Shown here: positions 49,173 to 61,933 of the stretch, in pieces
Layout of the letters: each line of letters starts with the position of its first letter
Position numbering within the stretch: the stretch's first letter is position 1
Assembly: GCA_951406725.2 (NCBI GenBank)
Contig: OX597818.1
Span: forward strand, 89,590,001 to 89,654,000
Source of the DNA: Octopus vulgaris
Taxonomy: Eukaryota
Length of the DNA stretch: 64,000 bases
Direction of reading: 5' to 3'
Notes under the pieces: model-generated
Seen by the model: the letters and a program-made list of their open reading frames with translations, nothing else
Database searches by the model: none
Told to the model about the DNA's origin: nothing
Position numbers and translations under genes: made by a program

Positions 49173-49726
49173 TCGATTATATAAAATCCGTTCTGTGTGT
49201 GTGTGTGAGTGTGTGTCTTCTAGGATCTCGGGCATCCTCCATCCGATTGCGCTCAAATTTGATTTGTAGATACCGACGGTATCAGGGCGTATATAAGTCT
49301 TGAAAAAATTACAAAAATCGATTCTAGGTGAGAATGCGATCGATAAAGCCGTGAGAACGTGCATTTGACCGCGCAAGTACATCGGCTGTTGCGATCGATA
49401 CTACGCGTACGCGAGAAAAATGCACGTGCAGTTTGCGCAAAAAAAGCCGGCTGGCTTGAAATAATGCCACAAAATGCAGTATATTTAAGAGACCAAAAAG
49501 TAAGATGCAAAAGAGATATTTTCTTCAAACTTGGCATGAAGGAAGGAAAGACTATTTGGTTTCCCAAGAAGTTTTTTTTGCCTTAACTTCGTTTAACAAA
49601 ACCAAAAATGTTATTGAAATAAAGACATGCTTAATTATTTTTTAAGGAAAAGAAAACACTGATTGCTTTTTATTCAGCAGATATAATTCAGCACCGTCCA
49701 TTGGATGGGGAGGGGCGTTTTGCTCG
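49173..49726 (+). mobile_element. Helitron-like non-autonomous element
   Basis: TC..TATATAAAA start, (TG)n, CCGATT..AAATTTG motif, 3' hairpin CCGTCCATTGGATGG and CTCG|T end. Confidence 0.55.
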
Positions 49727-50262
<536 letters not shown>

Positions 50263-50264
50263 TA

Positions 50265-50796
50265 TTGGGTTGTCCGGAAAGTTCGTGCCGATTTTTAAAG
50301 GAAAGAAATACTTGCCATTACATTTTTAATCAACCAAATATGAACCACTTTGTTGCACAATGCGTCTCCATTTTCCCTTTAACTTGAAAATACCCTCTTC
50401 CCAGAATTGAGGTGGTTTCATGGCAAAGAATTCATCAAGGTATTTTTTTACGTCATCCAAGGAATTGAAATTTTTACCATTTAGATTATTCTGCAGAGAC
50501 CTGAATAAGTGGAAATTCGAAGGAGCAATATCTGGTGAATATGGAAGGTGGGGTAACACATCCCAGCCGTGCTGCAGCAATTTTTGTCTGGTTCCCAAAC
50601 CATCAAGTGCCGAAAATGAACTTTCTTATCTTCAATTTTAAACGGTTACAGAATTAACACAGGTTATAGGAACATAAACCTTCTTTCACGAAAAGATAGT
50701 TTAAACTGTGCTCTAAATGGAGGTGTAGTAAAATCCTATTTTATGGACTCAACCATGTTCTACTATAAATCGGCACGAACTTTCCGGACAACCCAA
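50265..50796 (-). mobile_element. Internally deleted mariner element
   Basis: Perfect 30-bp TIRs TTGGGTTGTCCGGAAAGTTCGTGCCGATTT with TA TSD. N-terminal EDKKVHFRHLM is fused to C-terminal WDVLPHLPYSPDIAPSNFHLF..GIFKL..KW. Confidence 0.93.
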
Positions 50797-51599
50797 TATA
50801 AATATTGTTTCTGTGTTCCGTAAACTCACATTTTCGGCTTCAATTGCATCCTTTCTGTTTTGCGAAGCAGTAGTAATCACTCAGTATATCATTTTTTTTA
50901 AAATCTTGGTATATTGAATGGGTACTACAACCTCGCAAAACCACGACATGAGGTATGGGACTTCAACTCTAAACACCCTGCTACTAAATTTATTACTCCA
51001 ACTTTTTTTTTTACCATTTATCTGTTCAAGTAAGACACAGGGAGCAGAATGTTAAAAAAAAAAAAACCTGAAATTTTTAGAAAAAATATGTTTTTCAGAA
51101 TCGTAATTCCCGTTATATAACAGGAATACTAGAGTAAAATAATAATAATTTTAAAAAATGAATTTTTTTTCTCATGAGACGTAGAAATAAATTCTATTCC
51201 GAAACTCCACCAAAAACATCATCATCGATATGACGAACATTCCTCAATGTCATTAGTCGACCTGCTAGAAACAGTAGCCAGGTTTTATGTAATTCATACT
51301 CATTGCGAAATATTGGAGCATATATCAAATTTTAATAAACATGTTTTAAAAAAATGTCTAAAGATGGATTTTCTTTCATGGCTCAATCAGAGAAGAAAGC
51401 GCAGCACCAGTGACCCGTTTTTTTTTTAGAGTGTCTCTGACGGGTAGGAGGAAATGTAGAAGATATGCTCGAACATGCCTGTCGCTGAAGGTGCGCTGGA
51501 CAGCACTGCTCTGTCACTATTCAATAGTGCACTCTGAGATGCTAAAAGCATATATGAGTTAGGGGGGCTGCCTTGAATTGCATCTGAGAAACTGAACAC

Positions 51600-51770
51600 T
51601 GCTTAAAGCCTCCATGGGGTCAAGACAACAGGTTCGAATTGCTTCTAAGAGAGAGGACTCCACTAAAAGCATCCATGGGTCAAGACAGCTGGTTCGAATT
51701 GCTTTTAAGAAAGTGAACTCCACTAAGAACATCCGTGTGTCTAGACAGTTGGTTGGAATGTTACAACATA
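51600..51770. repeat. Degenerate tandem repeat, about 59-bp unit x3
   Basis: Recurrent TCCATGGG(G)TCAAGACA..GGTTCGAATTGCTT..ACTCCACTAA. Confidence 0.75.
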
Positions 51771-52271
51771 ATAGATTTCGTTAAAAGCCTCCTTGAGTTA
51801 GGTAATGGTGCAAAAGTGGACGAGAGATTAATCTATGACATAATTTCAAATTAGAAGTCTCATATTCCACACGAAATCAAAATGATAATTTCTTCATTCA
51901 TTTTCCCACTTTTCCCCCCATTTTTATTTCTTCTTTTTTACAATAGAAATTTCGATTCTCCGAAGAAAAAAGAAACACCCACAATTTAAAGTTTTTCCAT
52001 TTCATTCCTTGCTTCCATAAACTTTTCTTTTTCCATAAGATTTGTAACTTTTCATAGATTATCTTTTGCTTCATGGTTGACCTAGGAATGAATAACATCA
52101 ACAATATTTTGAAAGCTTGCTTTACAACCCTTGGTTTCGAACTCAGTTCTACTGCGTGGTACTTTGGGAAAATGTCTTCTATTGACTTCGGAGCGACTGA
52201 TGCCTTGCGAGTAAATTTCGTAGACGGAAATTGAAAAAGCCCGCCGTATATATATATATATATATATATTT

Positions 52272-52468
52272 CAAAATGTAGCAACATGTGAATCGTTGGT
52301 GATTTTCTTCCTCCGTCTTCCCTTCTATTGGACTTTCCTCTGTTTCCGAAGAAGAGCGTCTGCTCGAAACGTTAAACCATCTTTCTTTCCTTCCCTGAGC
52401 GTCTGCTAATACATTACTTGTACCACGTACTCGCGTTGCTGTTTTTTTTTGTGTTTGTTCTTTTTGGG
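52272..52468 (+). mobile_element. HHR-containing PLE pseudo-LTR-like repeat between (TA)n tracts
   Basis: 52342-52377: GTTT CCGAAGA A GAGC GTCT GCTC GAAA CGTT AAAC. Homologous to 11920-12065 and 8388-8560. Confidence 0.7.
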
Positions 52469-52614
52469 ATATATATATATATATATAGCTTCGTTGTGTG
52501 GTAAGTAGCTTGCTTACGAACCACATGGTACCGGATTCAGTCCCTCTCAGTGGCACCTTGGAAAAGGCCTTGTGAGTAGATTTGGTAAACAGAAACTGAA
52601 AGAAGCCTGTCGTG

Positions 52615-52685
<71 letters not shown>

Positions 52686-52885
52686 GTGTCTATATTTGCC
52701 CCCCACCCCCCATCACCGCATGATAGCCAGTGTTGATGTGTTTACGGCTCTGTAACGTAGCAGTTCAGCAAAAGAAACAAACAGAATAAGTACCAAGCTT
52801 AAAAATAAAATAAGTACTGGGGTCGACTGGTTCGACTAAAATTCCTCAGGCCAGTGCCCCAGCATGACCGCAGTCTAATGACTGA

Positions 52886-52926
<41 letters not shown>

Positions 52927-53489
52927 TATGTGCGCGCGCGTATGAGTCTCTATGTTTACCTTCCAACCCACCCTTGACAACCGCTGTTGGTTTGTTCATG
53001 TCCCCTAACTTAACAGTTCAACAAAAGAGTACGATGGGATAAGTACCAGACTTTACAAAAAAAAAAATACAAAAAAAGAAAAGACAGAAACAATAACTGG
53101 GGTTCGACCAAACCCTTCAAAGCGGTGCCCCAGCATGGTTCGCAATCCATTGTCTGAAGCAAGTAAAAAAATAAAATAAAAAAAGAAAAAAGAAAAAAAG
53201 AAAGAAAGAAAATGTAACAAATTTTTTTTTTTTTTACGGACCTTGATGCATTTGCTGCTCATTTCTTATCGCAAGAATGGATTAACGATTCCAGATGTTC
53301 CAGATATAGCAAAACTTAGAAAATACAGTAGCAGAGTCTGAAAACCTGGTCCTTAATCTGTGTGGTTAGGATGTGGAGTTTCTTGGTTTTCGATGTTTTA
53401 TGTCTCACTGAAGTGGTTGTTGTCCTAAGTCGAAGGGTTTGCAATTTGCTTTGTATGTCTGTTTGTATTATTTCCTCTCTGTCCTTGCA

Positions 53490-53521
<32 letters not shown>

Positions 53522-54396
53522 AGGCTTTGTCTTTGTCCCTCTACTCTCATTGTCTTTTTTTCTCTTTCACTTTTACCCTTTCGTATCACACATTATCTCT
53601 TCTTTACGTGTGCGGGTGTGTAAATATGCAAACACACTTGTATGTATGTATGTATGTATGTATGTATATATGTATGTATGTGTGTATGTATGTATGTATA
53701 TATGTATGTGTGTATATATGTATGTATGTGTGTGTATGTATTTATGTATATATGTATGTATGTATATATGTGTGTGTATGTATGTATGTATGTATATATG
53801 TATGTATGTGTGTGTATGTATGTGTGTGTATGTATGTATATATGTATGTATGTGGGCATAGGCACACACACACACACACACACAGGCACACACACACGCA
53901 CACACACACTACATATAGGCGCATACACTAATATTTTAACAAAATGCTCATAGCGCAATATACCTACAGCAATATACATACACAAATACGCCAAAAACTT
54001 TGCGCATACCTACACACATAAGAAAGCATACACACACATACACACACACACTTACTATATAAATATAAAGAGAGACACTCATTCATATATATACACACAC
54101 ACACAATATATCTTAAGTAGTTATTATAAAAGTTAAGGAGATTTTCAAATAGTCCCACCACGCATTGACACCTCCACCCCCACCCCCCATCCGAATTCTA
54201 CCTCTCCACATTCAGCACCACCCTCACCCCCGTTACAACCACCACCACCACCACCACCATACTGTCGCCGTCTCCGTTACTCTCTACTTTCGCTACCGCC
54301 ACCACCATCACCACCACCACTGCCACTACAAGCACCTCCATAACTGCTAACCCCATCTCCGCCGCTGACTCTACTACTACTACTACTACTACTACA

Positions 54397-54430
<34 letters not shown>

Positions 54431-54584
54431 CGTTGTTGCCATCCCCACTACCACTTTTAACAACACCTCTACCTACTACTTTTATCACCACACCTGCACC
54501 ACCACCACCAATGCTTCAACTATCACCATTGCCTCACCACCACCACCACCACCACCACTGTCATTACTATCGGCATAACCGCAA

Positions 54585-55065
54585 AGGCGGTGAGCTGGCA
54601 GAAACGTTAGCACGCCGAGCGAAATGCGTAGTCGTATTTCGTCTGTCGCTACGTTCTGAGTTCAAATTCCGCCGAGGTCGACTTTGCTTTTCATCCTTTC
54701 GGGGTCGATAAATTAAGTACCAGTTACACACTGGGTTCGATATAATCGACTTAATCCGTTTTGTCTGTCCTTGCTTGTCCCCTCTGTGTTTAGCCCCTTG
54801 TGGGTAGTAAAGAAATAGGTATTTCGTTTGCCACTACGTTCTGAGTTCAAATTCCGCCGAAGTCGACTTTGCTTTTCATCCTTTCGGGGTCAATAAATTA
54901 AGTACCAGTTACGCACTGGGGTCGATACAATCGACTTAATCCGTTTGTCTGTCCTGGTTTGTCCCCTCTATGCTTAGCCCCTTGTGGGCAATAAAGAAAT
55001 AAGAAACGTTAGCACGCCGGGTGAAGTGCTTAGCGGTATTTCATCTGTCTTTGTGTTCTGAATTC
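54585..55065 (+). mobile_element. SINE family B tandem dimer plus partial third head
   Basis: GGCGGTGAGCTGGCAGAAACGTTAG head followed by two body units. Confidence 0.88.
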
Positions 55066-55920
55066 ATAAACTTTTGGCCCTGAGCCAAAAATTGAAATCA
55101 TTATTATTATTATTATTATCATCATTGAGTGAGAGAGCAGTGCATGCCATCAAAGTGACACTGGGGTACGAAGTCTAGTATACCCATTATGACTATCCGT
55201 CTGATAAGGGTGCACCAGGTACATGCATCACAACCATATGTGCGCGACATGGTGAACTCATATCAAGATAAACAGCGCATGACTTTGCAGGTGGGGCCCA
55301 ATTAGAATTTTCTTCTGGTCAAGTAGCCCATCCCGCTCAAAAGGTCCCTGAATAAGGATTGTTTAAGGATGTTGAACGAACCATCCATGTTTCCAAAGGT
55401 GAACTATCCAAACTTCTAAGAATTCCTCTCAACACACGGCTATGATGCTCTCCCACTACTTCTGCTCCTGATCAGAGATGCACATATCGTCAGCCACTAA
55501 GGGACAAGGTCAACTGGTTATGGTCAAATAACTGACAAGTAGATCTGTGGTATTGAGCAGAATATTTGCGGTAGCCCATCTTTTATACCAAGACAAAACA
55601 ATGTACATAATAACACTTCCAATCAGTAAACACTTCCAATCAATTATCATTATTATCATCATTATCATTATTATTAAGGTACTGTACTGGCAGAAACTTT
55701 ACCGGTCGGGACAAAATGCTCAGCGGCATTTCTTCCGGCTCTTTACGTGCTGAGCTCATACACCACCGTGGTGAAGTTTGCCCTTCTTTGAGGATGGATA
55801 AAATACGGTACCAGAGAACCCTTAACTTTAATGTAATCGACTTTAGCCTTCTTTCTAAATTTACTTGCTTTGTGGCAAAACTTGAAACTTATTAGAAACA
55901 TTACTACCATTCTTTATGTG

Positions 55921-55957
<37 letters not shown>

Positions 55958-56510
55958 CAGACACACACACACACTCACACAAAACACACACACACACATA
56001 CACACACATACAAAACACACTCACACAAAACACACACACAAAACACACACATACAAATCACACACATATAACACGCACACACTCACACAAAACACACACA
56101 CACACATACAAAATACATACAAAACACACACACACACACACACACACAAAACACACACACAAAACACACACATACAAATCACACACATATAACACGCACG
56201 CACAAAACATGCACTCACACACAAAACACACAAATCACACACACACAAAACACACACACATACAAACACGCACACACACATACACACACAATACACACAT
56301 GTATATAGTAAAGTATGCACATATCGAAATACAGCGCAACCCTACATCTCATTGATTCAGTTATGATCCATAAAAGCACTCAAGTGGTTATTAAAATAGA
56401 TAAATACGAGCCGTGGCACATATCTATTTAGAATCGATAAATGGTTCGATCGCACTGAACGTATACCGCATAAAGTCAATATGGAATAAAACATCAGCAA
56501 ACACCCGTGT

Positions 56511-56561
<51 letters not shown>

Positions 56562-56755
56562 TGTGTGTGTGTGTACAGATGTGCAAACACGCAGGCTTGT
56601 GCCTACGGTTTGTCAACATAAAGGCATGCTGGAACCTAACGACTCTGAAGAGTCACCGTCGAAAGTGTAATGGCCTTCGAACACAAGTGGACAGCTAACA
56701 TTATCATCGTCCCCATCATTATTATCATCATCATCATCATCATCTACACACATTC

Positions 56756-56806
<51 letters not shown>

Positions 56807-57032
56807 TGTGTGTGCGTGTGTGTGCGTGTGTGTGCGTGCGTGTGTGTTTCCCTCCACCGCTTGACAACGGGTGTTGATATTTGACATGTTTACGTTCGGG
56901 TCACCTAGCGATTCGGTAAAAGAAACTGATTAAAAATAAGTTCTTGACTTTCAAAGTAGTGTACCACCATGCAATGGTTCAATGACTGAAACAAGTGTGT
57001 GTGTGTGTCGTGTATATATATATATATATATA

Positions 57033-57175
57033 TCACTTTCACTTTGATCACTTTGACCGACCAGTCCGTCAGGCGTCCATTTGACACCGCTGGTCACAGC
57101 ACGCTGTCCACTCCTCTCTGGATCGCGCCTTTCTCATCCACGTGATCCCAATCGTCCTCTTGAAATCGGGTGGTG
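57033..57175 (-). mobile_element. 3' terminal fragment of an RTE-type LINE
   Basis: Minus: ITWMRKARSREEWTACCDQR, then tail GTGACCAGCG..CTGGTCGGTCAAAGTGA, shared with a SINE tail. Confidence 0.55.
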
Positions 57176-57189
57176 GGTGGAATGTATCT

Positions 57190-57912
57190 AGGCATCAGAA
57201 ATTGCTTATAGGATTTTTAGTATCACTGAAGTCATGACGAAAACATTTTTTTAAAACAGACAACACTAATGGGGATTTCTTAGGTTCTTATTGTCTTATC
57301 TCTTATTTCTTATTTTCTAGTTGGCCGGTCGCTTGACTGTTCAGGAGCGAGCTGAGATAGCAGCACGCTATGAAGTGTGGAATTCTATTGTTTTGGTTCA
57401 GAGATAGTGGCGTGCATGGAAAGGCAAGCATGCAACACTATGTCCGGAGATAATAAAAAAGTTGTCATGCAAAGCTGATTGATGACCACGGGCTCTGTGA
57501 ACGATAAATGAAGTGGCTGTCCAACCACATCCCAATCAATGGAGAACGTGACAAAAGTGCAGGAAATGTTTAATTGCAGCCCGCAAAAATCAACACGTTA
57601 AGCAGTTCGTGAACGTTACACAAAAGGGGATAAGACCTCGCACACTGAAGGACTCGGAGACACGGATTCAGGAGGTTCTCAATGATATCCCAGACGACGT
57701 CCTTCACAAGGTTGTTCATTCCATCTCTGGCTGTTTGCGGAAACTGGTTGACGCCACAGGTGCTTACGTTGAAATATGAAGATTTACTTTCATTTTACTT
57801 TCATTTTACTTTCATTTCCCATTTTCCCATGTAATTTGTTTCAATAAATTTGTAAAAGGAACACGGATTTTATTACCAATTTTTAATGCTTGCTTACTTT
57901 TCACCCACCCTG
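57190..57912 (+). mobile_element. Decayed, internally deleted Tc1/mariner-superfamily transposon
   Basis: LTVQERAEIAARYEVWNSIVLVQR*W, TTGSVND..SPQKSTR and LVDATGAYVEI*. Ends CCACCCTG-TA. Confidence 0.7.
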
Positions 57913-58202
57913 TATAAATACAAATCCGTCAGTAGTTCATATATCCGAAAAAGAAGCTCACTTTAAAAAATTCGAACAATGATATATTTTTGGAGAAGTT
58001 AAAAGTTATGGCCGGTCATAGAGTGACGACTGGTTTCACACCTATATAATGCTTAGCAGTATAGCTGACGTCAGACTCAAATGGCTGAAGGAGTATAACC
58101 TCTCTATCTTTAGAGAGGTTATGCACCTTTAGCCATTTGAGTAATACGCGTCGCCTATACTGCCAATGGTCACTCTATGAGCAGCCATAACTTTTAGCTT
58201 CC

Positions 58203-58252
<50 letters not shown>

Positions 58253-58477
58253 CGTGACCGACCAGGCTATCAGATGTTGCTAGACATCGCTGGTTACAAT
58301 GCGCTTCGCATTGTTTTAGCCTTCGAATGACGCCATCCCGCTGGCTAAGCGAGCAGGCTAACAACAGAAAAAGTGAGAGAAAGTTGTGGCGAAAGAGTAC
58401 AGCAGGGACCGCCACCAACCCCTGCCGGAGCCTCGTGGAGCTTTAGGTGTTTTCGCTCAATAAACACTCACATCGCC

Positions 58478-58540
<63 letters not shown>

Positions 58541-58579
58541 TAAAAAATGGAGTTAACGCAGGTTTAAACAAGTATTTTT

Positions 58580-58666
58580 ACTTTCTACATATGTTTCAAA
58601 AATTCCACTGATACTTATTCAAAAGAATAAAAGGTATAAACAATGCAATCTTCTCTTCGGGAAAGT
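58580..58666 (-). ncRNA. Type I hammerhead ribozyme in the 3' pseudo-LTR
   Basis: Second copy of the 61443-61529 motif. One C>T change turns the base of stem II into a G-U pair. Confidence 0.78.
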
Positions 58667-58866
58667 GAAAAAACGAAACTTGTCAATACGACATTTTAGC
58701 AAAAAATGATGGATTCGTATAGCGATAGACAGAACGCTATTAATATTGTTTAAAAAAACGTTATATGATATAACGTCATAAGTAGCTAACAGAAAGAGTA
58801 GGGATATTAATAGTGAATGTTAAATATAAAGGAAATTAAAGTCTAAACTATATATAATGATAGAGA

Positions 58867-61194
58867 CTACTTATATGCACTAAAAGTATGTTTCTGCCAA
58901 TGCTTACATCTGTATGCTCGTTCTATAACCGTGTTTACTAGAGTATTTTTAGAAAAAATAATGAAAAATAGCTCAGAATTGCAGAGAAGACAGAATTTCT
59001 TGCCTTTGTCATATGGTATCGAAATTGAGAGGATCAACCATTCTAAATGAAATTGTTCATTGTGGTCTTTTAAATCCCAAATCAGTTTGCTGAGACCGGT
59101 ACTATTCCGTTTATTTCTATCCCTAAATGTTGAGTAATGGATAGAAATTCTCTTAGATAACTCTAACGATGTGCTTCCAATGTAAAATCGTACTTTATTA
59201 CGAGTACTGATTATACACTGGTATATAGAATTTTTAATCTTAGAGTTACTTGACATAAATTTAATTCTATTGGGATTGACTTCAGATACAATAACCTTGT
59301 TATTAATATTTCTAGAGGGTTGGATGGTAGTAGCTAAATTAATGTTAGTATTAGTAAATGTATTAATATTTAACAGTTTGTTATTATGAGAAGATATAAT
59401 TTGCAAGAGATTTTTTGTGTTTGAAAAACCTATCCTAACCTTATGTGAATTAATTATAGAGTAATATCTAGAATTATTTGGAAAATTCCTAGCAATAGCT
59501 TGACGAAACAGCAGTGGGAGATTAGATTTAATTTGTCTCCCGTAAGGAATTATTAACCAAATATTTTTACTAGTATTCATAGCGTAATTACTTTTGAAGG
59601 TGTTATATTTACTTTTAGATCGGTAATAGGGGAATAAATAAGGGTTATCTGCCTTCATTCGCTTTGTATCGGTGCGTAAGTTATGTTTGTTATCAATAAT
59701 TCTTTTACGACTAGAAATCTTATCTACATTATTGAATTTACAATTAGACTGAGCAGAATCAATGTAGAAAATTTTTTCTGTATAACCTGCTTTGATTAAG
59801 GCAGCATTATAGAATTCAGCGTTATTATTGAAAATATCAACATTAGCAGATAATTTAGATAATCTAAATGAAATATTCTTAACTAAATTCTTAGTAATTG
59901 CTCCAGGATGATTATTAAATTTGCTAATGTACTTAAGATTGGTCAACGGTTTATGATATGGGAAGTAAGAGTCACTGTGTAAATTAAGCGTAATATCTAA
60001 AAAGTTGGCCTTCGTCAGATCGTCATCAAAAACGATTTTTAAGCCCATTCTACTGAAAAAATTAACTAAACTGTTCTTAACTTTTTGTACCTTTTGGTTG
60101 GAAACATTTTGGAGGTAAAGTAAACAATCATCACGATATAGACCTCCATAAATGTTAGGGAACTCTTCAGCCATTTCAAAAAGAATATATATACAGACCA
60201 AATCAGCTATCTGTGCTGAATCAGAACTTCCCATAGGTATATCGAAACTATCTGGTGTGTCTTTACGGACCCACAACTTATCATCAAATTTAATAATAGA
60301 TCTTCTGGCTGCCAACACAACATTAATTTCTTCTCGGGTGAGACCAGCTTTGTTATGAGCAAGCCAAAGTGCCTTATTAAGTACTATTGGATTAATAGAC
60401 GAATAAAAATTGGAAATATCAAACTGGATAAACTTCGTACTCACCTTACTGTTAATAGACCTAAACCAGTCAACTACGTCAAATGAATTAGTCCATAAAC
60501 TAAGTTTTAATGTTTTGATTAAATTAGGAATATATTTATCTAGTATATTTTTACTAAGGATACCGATGTCAGAGCTAGAAGGGCAGATAAGCCTTAATGA
60601 TGGGTTAGTAAAAAAATTTGGTTTGTGATCCTTCAAAATGAACCTAGGTTGCTTAGGAACAAGTGGTTCTGTCTTCATTTGTAGGTTATATTTCTCCATG
60701 ATTTTCATAGCCTCGATGTTGGCTTTCTTAAGTATTCTTTTATCAGCAATTTTATACTTTTTCTGAATTTCTTTTTCAAGTAATTCCAAATAATAGTCTT
60801 TATAAAGTTTGTACAGATTTCCAGTCTTATCAGATTGAACCAACATAGTATCCATAGAATTGATTTCTTTGGTGATGTTGCGAAGATACCTCAGATGTTT
60901 ATTTCTTAGTGGTGATCGTTGAAATTTTACATTTCTCACAATGGACCAGAGATCATCTTCAAATTGCTTCAACGTTGGGTTAGGCGGCGGACTATTTTTA
61001 GATTTAAATAACTTGTTGAACTCGGATGTTTTATCATTAGTGTGTTGTTGAGTGTCATTTTTGTCAAAGAAAAAGGTAAGCCATCTTATTCGGTTGATGA
61101 ATGAATTAATCTTATTGACAAGTTGTTTAAGGAAAACATTCTTAGGTGGAATAGGAATGTCCTTAAGAGATGCGTTAATATTCAATAACTCCAT
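58867..61194 (-). CDS. Penelope-like retroelement polyprotein: reverse transcriptase plus C-terminal GIY-YIG endonuclease (775 aa, intact)
   Basis: Uninterrupted ORF with PLE RT motifs FIQFDISNFYSSI, IPMGSSDSAQIADL, GGLYRDDCL, NFLDITL and thumb YHKP..NNHP. GIY-YIG motif SIYQC..FYIGST..KRISIH. C-terminal CLLC..E..CKH. Confidence 0.95.
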   Translation of the reverse strand: MELLNINASLKDIPIPPKNVFLKQLVNKINSFINRIRWLTFFFDKNDTQQHTNDKTSEFNKLFKSKNSPPPNPTLKQFEDDLWSIVRNVKFQRSPLRNKHLRYLRNITKEINSMDTMLVQSDKTGNLYKLYKDYYLELLEKEIQKKYKIADKRILKKANIEAMKIMEKYNLQMKTEPLVPKQPRFILKDHKPNFFTNPSLRLICPSSSDIGILSKNILDKYIPNLIKTLKLSLWTNSFDVVDWFRSINSKVSTKFIQFDISNFYSSINPIVLNKALWLAHNKAGLTREEINVVLAARRSIIKFDDKLWVRKDTPDSFDIPMGSSDSAQIADLVCIYILFEMAEEFPNIYGGLYRDDCLLYLQNVSNQKVQKVKNSLVNFFSRMGLKIVFDDDLTKANFLDITLNLHSDSYFPYHKPLTNLKYISKFNNHPGAITKNLVKNISFRLSKLSANVDIFNNNAEFYNAALIKAGYTEKIFYIDSAQSNCKFNNVDKISSRKRIIDNKHNLRTDTKRMKADNPYLFPYYRSKSKYNTFKSNYAMNTSKNIWLIIPYGRQIKSNLPLLFRQAIARNFPNNSRYYSIINSHKVRIGFSNTKNLLQIISSHNNKLLNINTFTNTNINLATTIQPSRNINNKVIVSEVNPNRIKFMSSNSKIKNSIYQCIISTRNKVRFYIGSTSLELSKRISIHYSTFRDRNKRNSTGLSKLIWDLKDHNEQFHLEWLILSISIPYDKGKKFCLLCNSELFFIIFSKNTLVNTVIERAYRCKHWQKHTFSAYK

Positions 61195-61442
61195 ATGCTG
61201 TAACTATTCAGTTAGCAGGTTATTAATAAACCTGATTAAAGTATTATAAATAGATGAGTGTATTTTACCTTGTTAACAATTAACACGGATAAATGAATGA
61301 ATAGTTACCAGGGCAGCAAAAATCTCACAAGTAAAGATGTAGTAACTCCTTGTTTATAAAGGTTGAAACTTCGTGTTTACATTGAATATTTGAATAATAT
61401 GAATAAAAAATGGAGTTAACGCAGGTTTAAACAAGTATTTTT

Positions 61443-61529
61443 ACTTTCTACATATGTTTCGAAAATTCCACTGATACTTATTCAAAAGAATAAAAGGTAT
61501 AAACAATGCAATCTTCTCTTCGGGAAAGT
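61443..61529 (-). ncRNA. Type I hammerhead ribozyme in the 5' pseudo-LTR (long stem II)
   Basis: Minus strand: ACTTTC CCGAAGA [GAAGATTGCATTG..CAGTGGAATTTTC] GAAA CATATG TA GAAAGT, with palindromic stem III ACATATGT. Confidence 0.8.
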
Positions 61530-61591
61530 GAAAAAACGAAACTATTCATTCATTTATCCGTGTTAATTGTTAACAAGGTAAAATACACTCA

Positions 61592-61661
<70 letters not shown>

Positions 61662-61933
61662 TAGATATATATATATAGATATATATAAATGTGTAAGGAT
61701 AAGATCGTTATTTAAAATACCTATCCTATCAAGTGGCCAGCATGGGAATAAAAACCTCAAAAGGTAATAATTATTATTAAAATTATAATTAAGGATATAA
61801 TAGAGATACCACCATGCTTGAGATAGCAGTCAAAACTTGACTCTAAAACCGCATTATATGGTTTTAGAGTCAAGTTTTCACTGCTATTTCAAGCATGGTG
61901 GTATCTCTTAGATACCCTTAATTATAATTTAAT

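Larger units (their letters stand above)
58535..61596 (-). mobile_element. Full-length EN+ Penelope-like element with pseudo-LTRs and a 5' inverted segment, inserted in (TA)n
   Basis: Direct repeats 58535-58680 and 61398-61543 differ at one base. 61540-61596 is the reverse complement of 61250-61306. (TA)n lies on both flanks. Confidence 0.92.

Noticed and set aside
50326-50598. Functional mariner transposase
   Set aside because: Only the C-terminus remains, most of the DNA-binding and catalytic regions are deleted, and the third catalytic Asp is Asn.
55125-55630. Complex sequence between (ATT/ATC)n tracts, possibly a LINE 3' region
   Set aside because: No diagnostic motif and single copy in the window; cannot be classified without a search.
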